IMG/VR virus record: IMGVR_UViG_3300022562_000858
Coordinates: 1-63,080 of that record
Source: a virus
Lineage: Duplodnaviria > Caudoviricetes
Strand: one strand, 5' to 3'
Length of the DNA stretch: 63,080 bases
Made by a program: the position numbers and the translations under genes. Positions 26,456-35,292 of this stretch are shown here, piece by piece (the stretch's first letter is position 1; each line of letters begins with the position of its first letter). The notes under the pieces were generated by a model. It saw only the letters and a list, made by a program, of their open reading frames with translations, searched no databases and was not told where the DNA came from.

Positions 26456-26569
26456 GGAGCCTCGTCAGGTATTCCCAACGCGGGAGCCTTTCTCGGTGTT
26501 CCGTTTTCTGCCGTGGTTGGGTCGGGAGCCGGCTGCGGGTGTTCCACGTGGAGCCCGGTGCGGTATTCC
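26456..26569 (-). repeat. Four-unit GGAAYACC-N6/7-GGCTCC hairpin array in scaffold leader
   Basis: Units at 26456-26475, 26483-26502, 26525-26545, 26550-26569. Confidence 0.85.
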
Positions 26570-26573
26570 CACG

Positions 26574-26595
26574 AAAAAGGGGCCTTGCGGCCCCT
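26574..26595 (-). terminator. Intrinsic terminator just upstream of the array
   Basis: AGGGGCC-GCAA-GGCCCC-TTTTT. Confidence 0.75.
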
Positions 26596-26622
26596 GTCAG
26601 GTACTACGGTTGGCGTAGCGGA

Positions 26623-26754
26623 CTAGCCGCCGACGCCGGTCTTGGTCTTGGCGACCGTTTTCTCGCCGGACTTGCCCTTACCGGACGCCGGCATCGGATT
26701 GCGGATGTGGCTGACCAGTCGCTCGGACTTGCCGCCGTTCATGGGCTTCTTCAT
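26623..26754 (-). CDS. Small Lys/Gly-rich protein (43 aa)
   Basis: GAGGG-7nt-ATG; MKKPMNGGKSERL. Confidence 0.55.
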   Translation of the reverse strand: MKKPMNGGKSERLVSHIRNPMPASGKGKSGEKTVAKTKTGVGG

Positions 26755-26810
26755 CTGGATGCCCTCTTGGTAGTGACCAGATCTTGACCTCGGCGTCTGG
26801 TCGTCGCCTT

Positions 26811-27071
26811 TCAGAATCGGAGGCTCGGGTTGGGCCGGTTCCTTTGGCCATCGGCGCGTACCACCTGGTCGCGCGCGTTGTCGAACATCGCGATCAGTTC
26901 GGCCAGCTCGAGCGCGCGGCCTTGCGTGCGTGCGACGTTCGCGCCGTCCGTGGACCGGTTCTGCCTGTCGTACTCGGCTAGGCGCTCTTCCAGCATCGGG
27001 CGCACCACCCGGCGCCACCAGTCCGTGCTCGCGAGCTGCGCCAGGCCGCGCTGTTGGTCGTAGCTCATCAT
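26811..27071 (-). CDS. Hypothetical protein after portal (86 aa)
   Basis: ATGA overlap with portal stop; helical. Confidence 0.7.
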   Translation of the reverse strand: MMSYDQQRGLAQLASTDWWRRVVRPMLEERLAEYDRQNRSTDGANVARTQGRALELAELIAMFDNARDQVVRADGQRNRPNPSLRF

Positions 27072-29128
27072 TGCGCGATCGAGGCGTCTTGACCGGCCAC
27101 CGGGTTACCGGCCGCGTCGAGGGTCTGCGGTGCGCCGCCCTGCCCCGGTGCGCCGCCGGGCGCCGGCATCTGCTCAGGCCGCTCGGGGAATATCTTGTCG
27201 ACGTCCATATCCTGCGCCTCGGCCACGCCGCGCAGCAGCTCGCGCCGCCCGTCCATGCCCATGATCGCGTTGTCGACCGGGTTGTTGGTCTTTTCGGCAA
27301 ACTCCATGCGCCGAATCGCCATCTGCTCCTTGATCATCAGCGCCGTGGAGCCGCGCACCGTCGCGCGCAGATCGCCCTTCACGGAGCGGTCGGGGTGGAA
27401 CAGCATGTTGTGCAGGTACGTCTGCTCCACCACACCCTTGACCACCCCGACGTCCAGGTGCCGGATCGCACCCTTGATGCTGCGCGCTGAGGCGTTCATC
27501 AGCATCGACAGGCCGGTGGCCGTCTTGCCGGCGCCGCCCACGTTGTCGGTATTGCCCTGCTGGTAGGCCGGCACGCCTGAGTGCTCATCGGCCAGCAGGC
27601 TGAACTTGTCGTAGACCTGCAGCAGCGCCGGCGTGGTGTTCGGTACGTTGTGGAAGCGCACCGCCGGACTGGTCTCCATCATCCGGCTGGTCGATTCAAA
27701 CCGCTTCCAGGGGTAAATCTCCCCGTCGTCGTTCTCGCACCGGCTGACGTCGACCTCGTACAGCGGGCCGGACGAGAATCCCATGTTGTTGATCATCGCC
27801 CGCGCCGCGGCGTTGCACTGGTCCTGATCGTCCGCGATGGTGTCGGGCAGCGCGCGCCCCCAATAGGCGCCAGGCACGGCAAAGAAGCACGCCTTCCAGT
27901 ACGGCCGGCGACCCAGCGGGTCGGGGTTGAGCACGCAGCGGAACACGATGGAGCCGGTCATCCACACGTTGACCTCGTACTCCTTGTGCGGGTCGGGAAT
28001 CTTCTTCGGGTCCATGCCCCACTCGATCAGCCACCGCCCCTGCACCGAGCCCCACATTTCGATGGCGTCGATCTTGTCGCTCTGGAACCCCGGCGACCAC
28101 TGACGCTGCTCGGCCTGCGCCTTCTCACTGTCGGTGGTGAGCCACTCGTGCAGCCCGCCACGGTCGTAGAGCTCAAGAATCTGGCGGATCGCCTCGTCCT
28201 TGTAGCCCTTGAGCCCAAGCATGTCCGAGAAGTCCTTGCGGTACAGCCGGTGCAGCTCGATGAAGTTGCCGTCGTTCGGCGTCGTGGCGTCGGGGTCCGG
28301 GAATGCGTAGTACGGCGACAGGCGCTCGTAGCGCTTCTTCGGCACCGTCTTGACCACCGGCACCGGACCGCCGGGGCCTTCCGCCCACTTCAATTCCTTC
28401 TCCATGCGGATGACCGGCCCTTTCATGTGGGCCGCGGGGAAGGTCACGAAGTCGTCGATGACCTCGACGTATGCCTCGTAGAACCCGCCCTCGACAAACT
28501 GATCCTCGATCAGCTTCTCCATCCGCTCGGCGCGCTCCTTGGCCTCGTCGTAGAGCGTGTCCTTGATCGCCTGCGCCATGCGCTTGCGGGCAAGCTCCAT
28601 GATGCCCTTCACCTGCATCACGTCGACCGGCTGCCCGGTGCGCTGCTCGACCATCAGCGCTTCCTGGATCGCCATCTGGCGCAACTTCTGCTCGGCCTGC
28701 TGCTGCACTTCCGGGTCCAGCTCGGGCAGCGGCGTCGGCTCAAGCCCCCACGGCTTGTCGCCGGCAGGCATCGTGATGTCCAGAATCCAGGCCGCCGCGT
28801 CGTGGCACTTCTTCTGCGTGAGCCCGATGAACGCCTCGGAACCGCCCTGATCCTTGATCGCCGCCAGCTTCTCGGGCTCGTAGATCATGCTCCGCTGGCG
28901 GTGGTTGCGCGCCAGGGTCCGCTCGATGGTGAGCTTCGCCTGCTTGTTGCGCTCCCACACCTTGCGCACGTGGGCGGCCAGGTTGTCCACCACCGGCTGC
29001 GAGAGGGCGGCTGCGTCCTCGTCGTCGCGGCGCTTCTGCTCGTCCAGGTCCGAATTGGTGAGTACGCGCATCAGGCCGCGTGTCTCGCCCAGCGGCGCGC
29101 GTGCAGTCGTGGCGGGTTGTGGGCTCAA
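27068..29128 (-). CDS. Portal protein (686 aa)
   Basis: Size, position after TerL, YWGRALPD..DQDQCNAAARAMINN and TATGLSMLM motifs. Confidence 0.9.
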   Translation of the reverse strand: MSPQPATTARAPLGETRGLMRVLTNSDLDEQKRRDDEDAAALSQPVVDNLAAHVRKVWERNKQAKLTIERTLARNHRQRSMIYEPEKLAAIKDQGGSEAFIGLTQKKCHDAAAWILDITMPAGDKPWGLEPTPLPELDPEVQQQAEQKLRQMAIQEALMVEQRTGQPVDVMQVKGIMELARKRMAQAIKDTLYDEAKERAERMEKLIEDQFVEGGFYEAYVEVIDDFVTFPAAHMKGPVIRMEKELKWAEGPGGPVPVVKTVPKKRYERLSPYYAFPDPDATTPNDGNFIELHRLYRKDFSDMLGLKGYKDEAIRQILELYDRGGLHEWLTTDSEKAQAEQRQWSPGFQSDKIDAIEMWGSVQGRWLIEWGMDPKKIPDPHKEYEVNVWMTGSIVFRCVLNPDPLGRRPYWKACFFAVPGAYWGRALPDTIADDQDQCNAAARAMINNMGFSSGPLYEVDVSRCENDDGEIYPWKRFESTSRMMETSPAVRFHNVPNTTPALLQVYDKFSLLADEHSGVPAYQQGNTDNVGGAGKTATGLSMLMNASARSIKGAIRHLDVGVVKGVVEQTYLHNMLFHPDRSVKGDLRATVRGSTALMIKEQMAIRRMEFAEKTNNPVDNAIMGMDGRRELLRGVAEAQDMDVDKIFPERPEQMPAPGGAPGQGGAPQTLDAAGNPVAGQDASIAQ

Positions 29129-29511
29129 TGCAGAGTCCTCCGAACGCTATCGGCCACGCCGCTGCGGGCCGGGAAAATGATGTTGGTCTCGTGGGATCGC
29201 TGGATGCGCTGCCCGGCCAGCCCGCTCAAGGTCTGCTCCATGAGCGTCTGCAGGTACTTGCGCCCGTCGTTCGCGGCGACCTTGTGAGAGTCGATGTTCC
29301 ACTCGATCATGATGTCGTCGCGGGTCACGAACCGCAGCTTGATCTTCGCGTGGTCGGTCCGGTCCATGATGACCTCGACCCCGTAGCGCGCGTCCTCGTT
29401 GGGCAGCTTGCCCTTGGCGATCAGCCCCGCGCTGTCCAGCTCGCGCGCGATGGTGCGCAGGATTTCGCTCATGGACACGCGGCCCTGGCGGATGGTGGGC
29501 GTCTCAGCCAT
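29125..29511 (-). CDS. Hypothetical protein (128 aa)
   Basis: GAGGGAG SD; stop overlaps portal start. Confidence 0.65.
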   Translation of the reverse strand: MAETPTIRQGRVSMSEILRTIARELDSAGLIAKGKLPNEDARYGVEVIMDRTDHAKIKLRFVTRDDIMIEWNIDSHKVAANDGRKYLQTLMEQTLSGLAGQRIQRSHETNIIFPARSGVADSVRRTLH

Positions 29512-29914
29512 ACAGCACGTCTCCCTCACCGGTTCCGCTTCCGATACCGGTCGGCTCGATCAGGACGTTGCCTATCAGGTCCACGACCCAATCGGCACTG
29601 CACCGATCGCACACACAGCGCCCCTTGTTGGTGACAGAAAGCCACTCCCGAACCTCATGGCACTCGTCGCACGCGCGGCGAACTTGGACATCGGATACCC
29701 CGCCCTCCATGGTGATCCCCTCGGCCGGCATCCGCTCCAGCAGACGCACGGTTATCGCCCGCTGCGCCTGCAAATCCTCGTACAGATACCAGACCATCGC
29801 CATCAGCGCGTCATCCCACTTCACGCCATGGCCGCGCTGCGCCTCGATGCAGGCGCGCACGGTCGGATTCTCCAGCGACAGGCGCTCGATGTCGGCTCTC
29901 GTGACTCGTTTCAT
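29504..29914 (-). CDS. Hypothetical protein with C-terminal CxxC pair (136 aa)
   Basis: GGAGG-4nt-ATG; CDEC...CDRC. Confidence 0.65.
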   Translation of the reverse strand: MKRVTRADIERLSLENPTVRACIEAQRGHGVKWDDALMAMVWYLYEDLQAQRAITVRLLERMPAEGITMEGGVSDVQVRRACDECHEVREWLSVTNKGRCVCDRCSADWVVDLIGNVLIEPTGIGSGTGEGDVLYG

Positions 29915-29926
29915 GGTGCCTCCAAT

Positions 29927-30000
29927 TGGTAGCGGGAACGGGAATCGAACCCGTGTCTCCAGGTTATGAGTCTGGCGTGGTGCCTCTCCACCATCCCGCG
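29927..30000 (-). tRNA. tRNA-Met (CAT), initiator-like acceptor stem, CCA encoded
   Basis: CGCGGGA/TCCCGCT acceptor, GTGG/CCAC D stem, CT-CAT-AA loop, GGTTCGATTCC T arm, ACCA end. Confidence 0.9.
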
Positions 30001-30014
30001 ATTGGTGGCGGACG

Positions 30015-30094
30015 TGGTGCGCTGCGGGCGGAATCGAACCGCCGTCACCTGGTTCCGATGGTGTCAGGGGCTTGCGCCACTCAGCTACGCCCGC
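30015..30094 (-). pseudogene. Degenerate tRNA-like element
   Basis: TAGCTGAGTGG D-arm motif, GGCGG-TTCGATT-CCGCC T arm, ACCA end; mismatched acceptor and enlarged anticodon loop. Confidence 0.65.
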
Positions 30095-30118
30095 TGCCAC
30101 GCTACCCGCCGTAGTTGC

Positions 30119-31882
30119 TCATGTGTGGGCCGCCCAGCCCTTGCGCCCCTTCGCCGGATGCGCGCCAGGCGGCGGCGGGGCCTTGTCGCTCGCCCGGTTC
30201 ACGCGCACCCGCGGCAGCGGCAACACGCGGCGCACGTAGCCGGCAATCGCCCGGCTCATCACGCGGTCGTCCCACTGCCCTTCATCGGCCCCAAGCGATC
30301 CGTCCTCGTGCTGCTTGAAGCCCTGCATTTCGATGAAGGTCTCCTTGCAGGCGATCCCGTGCGTGTCCTCGTTCAACTCGCCCACCAGCTCGTCGATGAT
30401 CAGCGGCTTGGTCTTGTGCGAGCTGACGAACCCGAAGCGCTTGCGCGGTCGCGCCGGCGGGTGTTCCGGCACCAGTTCCACGTACAGCCGCGCGTAGTCG
30501 AGCTGCTCCAGGCGCGTGATCGTGGTCAGGCCGTGGTTGTTGCGCTCCGGGGCGACGTGCGCGTGGTTGTAGCGCTGCCCGAGCGCGGCCAGCAGATCGC
30601 CGAATTGCTCGGGATGCACGTGGCCATGCCACTGCGCGACCTGCTCCCCGGTCAGGTGGTCCAAGACATCGGCGCAGGAGTAATCCCCGTGCACCAGCCC
30701 CTCGGCCACGTCCGCCCCGATCACGTAGGCGCGCATCGGGTCGGGCTCCTTCCAGACCTTCAACCGACCATCGGCCTGCGCGGTCCACTGGCTCGAATAC
30801 GTGGGCAGGTCGTAGCGCGACACCGGAGGGGCCGCCTGCTCGGCCAGGTCCATGAGCTTCTGCACGTCGAACACGTGCCGGCCCGTGCTCACGAAGGCCT
30901 CGCGCTCCGTGGCCGGGTACTCCTGCTGGAACCATTGCAGCTTGGTCAGTCCGAGCTTCGGCTGCGCGGTGGCAACCTTGTTGCGCCGCCACGCGATGTG
31001 CTCCAGGTCCAGCGGATACCCCTCTGAATCCTTGCGCGAGAGCAACCAGCGCTCGTAGTCGTCCAGCGTCCCCTCTACCCGGTTGGCCTCCGCATCGGTC
31101 AGCGGCATCCGGTAGCCGGGGTGGAAGTACCACGGAATGAAGATCGGCAGGTACTCGTTCTCGCCGGCCTTCGCCGCCTGCCACAGCGGATAGAAAACCG
31201 GGTCCAGGCCGTTGGCCGTCGTCTCGAGCACGACTTCCGTCCCGAGAATGGCCGGGTACTCAGAGGGCACCGACTCGTAGGCGCCGCCGAAGATCGCCGC
31301 GCCCGTCTGCCCCCAATGCGCGACCTCCGATGCGTGCAGGAAGTGAATCGTGAACGAACGGCCGCCCGCCCGCGACGAGCCCGCCGTCTGCACGATGTAC
31401 TGCGACTTGAGCCCGGTCCCGTGGTCGTTGTCGAAGATCAGCTCCTTCGCGTTGCTGGCCTTCGTATCCGGGCGCAGCGGCCCCGGCGCCTTGTCGTGGT
31501 ACAGCTTGGCCATGGCGAACAGGTTGCCCGTCGCCTTGTCCTCGTGCGCCATGATCATCGCGGTCTTGCCGGTGCTCGTGGTCGTGCGCCAGTAGAAGCG
31601 CCCCTCAACGTAGGTCGAGTACCCCTGCTGGCGGGCCTTGAGCCCGAGCACGCGCACATATCCCCGCTCTTCGCGCTGCTTCTCGATTGCCCGGTGGATC
31701 ACCTTCTGCACCGGGTTGAGCTGGAACGGGATGATGCCGCCGGCCTTGGGCTTGATGTGCAGCGGCACCGGATCGAGCGCCAGGTACTTCTCGAAGTCGC
31801 CCTTCACGCCCTGATACCACTCCTGCGCGGTTTCCCGCGACACGCTCATGCGGTGGGCGACGGACTCTTGCGCTGCGCTCAC
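30119..31882 (-). CDS. terL: Terminase large subunit (start 31882 GTG or 31849 ATG)
   Basis: KARQQGYST, LHASEVA, ETTANG; nuclease GADVAEG..GDYS and DDRVMS. Confidence 0.93.
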   Translation of the reverse strand: MSAAQESVAHRMSVSRETAQEWYQGVKGDFEKYLALDPVPLHIKPKAGGIIPFQLNPVQKVIHRAIEKQREERGYVRVLGLKARQQGYSTYVEGRFYWRTTTSTGKTAMIMAHEDKATGNLFAMAKLYHDKAPGPLRPDTKASNAKELIFDNDHGTGLKSQYIVQTAGSSRAGGRSFTIHFLHASEVAHWGQTGAAIFGGAYESVPSEYPAILGTEVVLETTANGLDPVFYPLWQAAKAGENEYLPIFIPWYFHPGYRMPLTDAEANRVEGTLDDYERWLLSRKDSEGYPLDLEHIAWRRNKVATAQPKLGLTKLQWFQQEYPATEREAFVSTGRHVFDVQKLMDLAEQAAPPVSRYDLPTYSSQWTAQADGRLKVWKEPDPMRAYVIGADVAEGLVHGDYSCADVLDHLTGEQVAQWHGHVHPEQFGDLLAALGQRYNHAHVAPERNNHGLTTITRLEQLDYARLYVELVPEHPPARPRKRFGFVSSHKTKPLIIDELVGELNEDTHGIACKETFIEMQGFKQHEDGSLGADEGQWDDRVMSRAIAGYVRRVLPLPRVRVNRASDKAPPPPGAHPAKGRKGWAAHT

Positions 31883-31889
31883 GGGCAAC

Positions 31890-32171
31890 TCAGTGCGGCT
31901 TGCCTTGCTTGGCCAGCGCCTCGTCGAGATAGACCATCGCCGGCGGTTCCTGCGTCGGCTCGGCCAGTTCCTTGCGCACGAGGGCGAGCAATTCATCCTC
32001 CGGCACGTTGAAGGCGATCGCCAGCACGCGCACGCAGTCGGCCAGGATGATGGCGAATGGCACGTGATCCGTGGTCTCTTCCGGCCCGCACACAATCGTC
32101 TGCGTCACGCCGTCACCCTTGGGCTCGTGGACGATGAGCCAGGGATTCACCACGCCGGCAACGGTCGTCAT
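31890..32171 (-). CDS. Hypothetical protein (93 aa)
   Basis: ATGA-coupled ORF in late operon. Confidence 0.6.
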   Translation of the reverse strand: MTTVAGVVNPWLIVHEPKGDGVTQTIVCGPEETTDHVPFAIILADCVRVLAIAFNVPEDELLALVRKELAEPTQEPPAMVYLDEALAKQGKPH

Positions 32172-32491
32172 GCCTGCGCCCTCGCGGCCATGTGGTCCTT
32201 CTTGCGCCCGTAGGGAAGTTGGCGAACCGTCTGACCCTCAAGCTGCGCGTACAGCCGCCGCGCCTCGTAGTAGTCCCGCCGCCGCCCGGTCTTGTGCTTG
32301 GCGATCCTGCGCAGGAGTTTCGAGCCCGCCGGGTTGCGCGGTCCGGGTCCAGCTCGCCCGCCCGGCCGACCGACGAACATCCCGCGCATCGGGAGCGCGC
32401 TCACCTTCTGAGTGCTCTGCGCCGCCAGGTCCGCAAGCGCTGCCATCAGCGTCCCGGCGATACCCCCTCGCTGCACGCCGCCGCCCTTCAT
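32168..32491 (-). CDS. Hypothetical basic protein (107 aa)
   Basis: ATGA overlap with upstream stop. Confidence 0.55.
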   Translation of the reverse strand: MKGGGVQRGGIAGTLMAALADLAAQSTQKVSALPMRGMFVGRPGGRAGPGPRNPAGSKLLRRIAKHKTGRRRDYYEARRLYAQLEGQTVRQLPYGRKKDHMAARAQA

Positions 32492-32970
32492 GCCGCACCG
32501 CCTGGCAGCAGATTGAGCGTCATGTGTGATGTGAACTCCCTCTCGTCGAAAGCCGTCACGGGCCGATCCTTCTGCGGCACCACATCGCGCCAACTCACAC
32601 CGCGACGGCGTAGTTGACGCTCCAATTCCTCAGCGGCGTCCTTCATGCCTTCCGTCAGGGCGTAGGCGATCGCTTCGGCCAAGTCGGCCCTGTCTGTGTG
32701 GCAACCGATAAACCACACAGTGCCGTCCTGTAGACACGCCTCGTACCTGATGAGACGCCACCCACAGTCGTCTCCGAAGTCCTCTTCCATGTTTCGCCCG
32801 ATGCCGACGCGCACAGGCACTTCCACCAGTTCTGGCGCACGAGGTTCGGCGCCGAGGCCAGCCCACGGCCTCGCGTCCGTGGCGTCTACCGATTCCGATG
32901 ATCTGCCCATGCCAGGCACCGCCAGCGCGATCAGGGGCGCGCTCCCCTTCAAGAACGTGCGTCGTTTCAT
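32488..32970 (-). CDS. Protein with twin-arginine-like signal (160 aa)
   Basis: MKRRTFLKGSAPLIALAVP; GGAG SD. Confidence 0.65.
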   Translation of the reverse strand: MKRRTFLKGSAPLIALAVPGMGRSSESVDATDARPWAGLGAEPRAPELVEVPVRVGIGRNMEEDFGDDCGWRLIRYEACLQDGTVWFIGCHTDRADLAEAIAYALTEGMKDAAEELERQLRRRGVSWRDVVPQKDRPVTAFDEREFTSHMTLNLLPGGAA

Positions 32971-33125
32971 CTGTCTCTCCGTCTCTCTGGTTGATGGGGG
33001 TACTCAGGTCACTCGCAGGAGGCCGCACGGGAATCCGTAGTCGCGGACCGGCTCAGGTGCCGACGCGTCCGGGTGCGTATGGGCGAGCCCCTTCGCCGGT
33101 GTTATTGGCGCCACCGCCGGCCGGG

Positions 33126-33800
33126 CTATTCGGTCCGGCTCGCCGCTCCTTCAATGGCGGGCCGCGGCGACGACGGCAGCGTTCCCTCGTGCCGCCGGCG
33201 CATGAATTCCTCCACCGGCAGCCCGTACTGCTCTGCCAGTACCATGTCCTCCAGGCGGATCGTCGTCAGATCCACCGAGAGCTTGTTGGGCCACATGCCG
33301 ATGTGCTTGCCGTACAGCTCGGCCGCCTTGTTGGGGTCGTGCAGCTTGATCTTGTTGTTGGTGCGCACGCGAACCACGCGCCCCTCAGCGTCCAGCGTCT
33401 CTACCCGCGTGGTGCTGACCTCGGCCACCGCATCGAGCGCGTGGTCGGGAACCTCGCTCATATCCTTCAGCTCGACCCCGCCCGGTCCCCACTTCACGAC
33501 GTCCGACATACGCGAGAAAGCGACGTTCGCCAGCTTGCGCGCCACGTCGTCCTGCGTCTTGTCCATCCGGCCTTCGAGCGCCTTGTGCTGCTTCTCCAGG
33601 TATGCACGCAACTGCACATTCTCACGGAACAGCCGGGCCGAAGCTCCGACCGCCGCGTTGCCCTTCGCTGCATAGCCAGCCGCCTTGTAGGACTTAATCT
33701 GACTACCGGCACAGTCCACGTGCTCTTTGACCCGGCCAAGGAAAATGTCGGCGCAGAGCTGCTGCTTGTCGGTGAGACCGTTGCTGTTCTTGCGTGCCAT
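33126..33800 (-). CDS. terS: Terminase small subunit (224 aa)
   Basis: LTDKQQL...YKAAGY...ASARL, KIKLHD..KAAELYGKHIGMW. Confidence 0.88.
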   Translation of the reverse strand: MARKNSNGLTDKQQLCADIFLGRVKEHVDCAGSQIKSYKAAGYAAKGNAAVGASARLFRENVQLRAYLEKQHKALEGRMDKTQDDVARKLANVAFSRMSDVVKWGPGGVELKDMSEVPDHALDAVAEVSTTRVETLDAEGRVVRVRTNNKIKLHDPNKAAELYGKHIGMWPNKLSVDLTTIRLEDMVLAEQYGLPVEEFMRRRHEGTLPSSPRPAIEGAASRTE

Positions 33801-33810
33801 GTTTGCTATC

Positions 33811-33840
33811 TTGACAAGACGAACATTGTTCGCCTATCCT
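33811..33840 (+). promoter_or_regulatory. Sigma70 promoter of the inverted island with a palindromic operator in its spacer
   Basis: TTGACA, 18 bp, TATCCT; CGAACA-T-TGTTCG at 33820-33832. Confidence 0.75.
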
Positions 33841-33885
33841 GTTTGTGCAGTTTCCCGAAACCTCTGATGACTGGAGCCCAATACC

Positions 33886-34071
33886 ATGCTCACAACCAGA
33901 ATCGACGCCGGCGACTACATCCAGACGCAGGACGGATGGTGCCAGGTGTTTGTAGTGCTCGGACGCGGCACACAGCCGCAGCCCACCTACCTGACCCGCG
34001 ATGGGCGCGAGTACCTCCACAGCGAGGTAACTGACATCCGCCTGCCCGGTGAAGTCTCGGGCCTCAACTGA
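33886..34071 (+). CDS. Island hypothetical protein (61 aa)
   Basis: GGAG SD; first gene after promoter. Confidence 0.7.
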   Translation: MLTTRIDAGDYIQTQDGWCQVFVVLGRGTQPQPTYLTRDGREYLHSEVTDIRLPGEVSGLN

Positions 34072-34084
34072 CAGGAGACTGAAA

Positions 34085-34306
34085 ATGCCCGAATGCAACG
34101 CACAGCGATTAGAAGAATTGACGGCCAGCGTAGACCGATCAATCTCTGCGGTTATCACCGCGCTTTACGATCTTCGCTACCACTCGTCGCCTAGTGAGCT
34201 TCGGACCGTGCTGCGCGCTGAGAATGCCGTGCTTGCGGCAATGGGTTACTCACGCGAAGCCTATGACGAGGGCTACCCGGATTGGATATACGACAGCCAG
34301 TGCTAG
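34085..34306 (+). CDS. Island hypothetical protein (73 aa)
   Basis: ACAGGAG SD. Confidence 0.7.
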   Translation: MPECNAQRLEELTASVDRSISAVITALYDLRYHSSPSELRTVLRAENAVLAAMGYSREAYDEGYPDWIYDSQC

Positions 34307-34378
34307 TGACTCAGCCCGAGCCTTCGCCACGGACGGCGAGGGCTGGCGCGGACTCACCCACCACGACAGGAGACAGCA

Positions 34379-34696
34379 ATGGAAACTGAGTACAAATGCC
34401 CCGAATGCGGCAACACCCTGCTAACCGCCGACGCCATCACGCGCGTGGACGTGGTGTGGGGCGCCGAAGGGCAAGCGATCCCCACGATCACGGACTTGGA
34501 GGACTGCGCGATCACAGACAAGTCCTGGATGCTCTGCCACGAGTGCGACCACGAGGACTGGTCGCCCGCGTTCATTAACAAGGCGTGGAGCCAGTACGAG
34601 CCGCCCGTGCACATTTCCGTGCGCTCGCAGGTGCGTGCCGCGATCCGCACGGCTCATGAGCACGGCGCCGAATTGAACCCCTACCTCGTCTACTGA
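34379..34696 (+). CDS. Island Zn-ribbon protein (105 aa)
   Basis: CPECG...CHECD; ACAGGAG SD. Confidence 0.75.
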   Translation: METEYKCPECGNTLLTADAITRVDVVWGAEGQAIPTITDLEDCAITDKSWMLCHECDHEDWSPAFINKAWSQYEPPVHISVRSQVRAAIRTAHEHGAELNPYLVY

Positions 34697-34708
34697 CAGG
34701 AGAGCACC

Positions 34709-34933
34709 ATGCAGCCCTACACCGTCCTACTGCTCTACCCGGACACGCTCGCTGAGACCTACGGCCAAGAGACCTACTTGGCTCACGTCGAAGCGGACGA
34801 CAGTCTCAAGGCGTCGCAGACCGCGCAGGAGCTTGCGCGCCTCGACACCAATGAGGCCGTGGACGACCCCGACGACTTCTACCCGCTGATCGTCATTGCT
34901 GGCCACCACGACGATCTGCTCTACCGGAGATAG
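34709..34933 (+). CDS. Island acidic hypothetical protein (74 aa)
   Basis: ACAGGAG SD; acidic composition. Confidence 0.75.
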   Translation: MQPYTVLLLYPDTLAETYGQETYLAHVEADDSLKASQTAQELARLDTNEAVDDPDDFYPLIVIAGHHDDLLYRR

Positions 34934-34935
34934 CC

Positions 34936-35220
34936 ATGAACCCGAAACCGATCCTCGATACCGCCACGCTCTACATAGGCGACAACGGCCGCATCGTGTG
35001 CGGCAAACAGGCTTGCGCCGGCTGCCACGCCTTCTACACGGGCCGCGATCTGTCCGGCCAACCTCTGCTCATCATTGGCGACGTCGAAGCTGAGGCGCTG
35101 CGCGGCGCAGGGTGCAGCGCGGAGTGCGAAGTGTGCGGACACCAGCACGGGAGCGACACGGAATCCGCCCCGCGCCCCGAGCCGGAGCCCGCCGAGGTTT
35201 TCACCTTCACGCTGTACTGA
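34936..35220 (+). CDS. Island Cys-rich protein (94 aa)
   Basis: GGAG SD; CGKQAC, CEVCG. Confidence 0.7.
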   Translation: MNPKPILDTATLYIGDNGRIVCGKQACAGCHAFYTGRDLSGQPLLIIGDVEAEALRGAGCSAECEVCGHQHGSDTESAPRPEPEPAEVFTFTLY

Positions 35221-35292
35221 GTTGCCCGGCCTCTGTCCTCTGGCGCGTGTCAGAGGGCAGACGCGGATCAACCCACAACAGGAGACACCATC

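Noticed and set aside
26456-26569. Repeat array as a mini-CRISPR
   Set aside because: Units are about 20 bp with internal variability and 4-22 bp gaps; no cas genes
31883-32095. N-terminal extension of TerL given in the ORF track
   Set aside because: Overlaps a better-supported 93-aa gene; a downstream start is preferred
33040-33115. Twister or HDV-like ribozyme
   Set aside because: TAACAC and GCCGGTCC resemble twister, but the AAGC loop and pseudoknot partners are missing
33820-33832. LexA (SOS) box
   Set aside because: CGAAC-N3-GTTCG has the wrong spacing for the Gram-positive box and does not match CTGT-N8-ACAG
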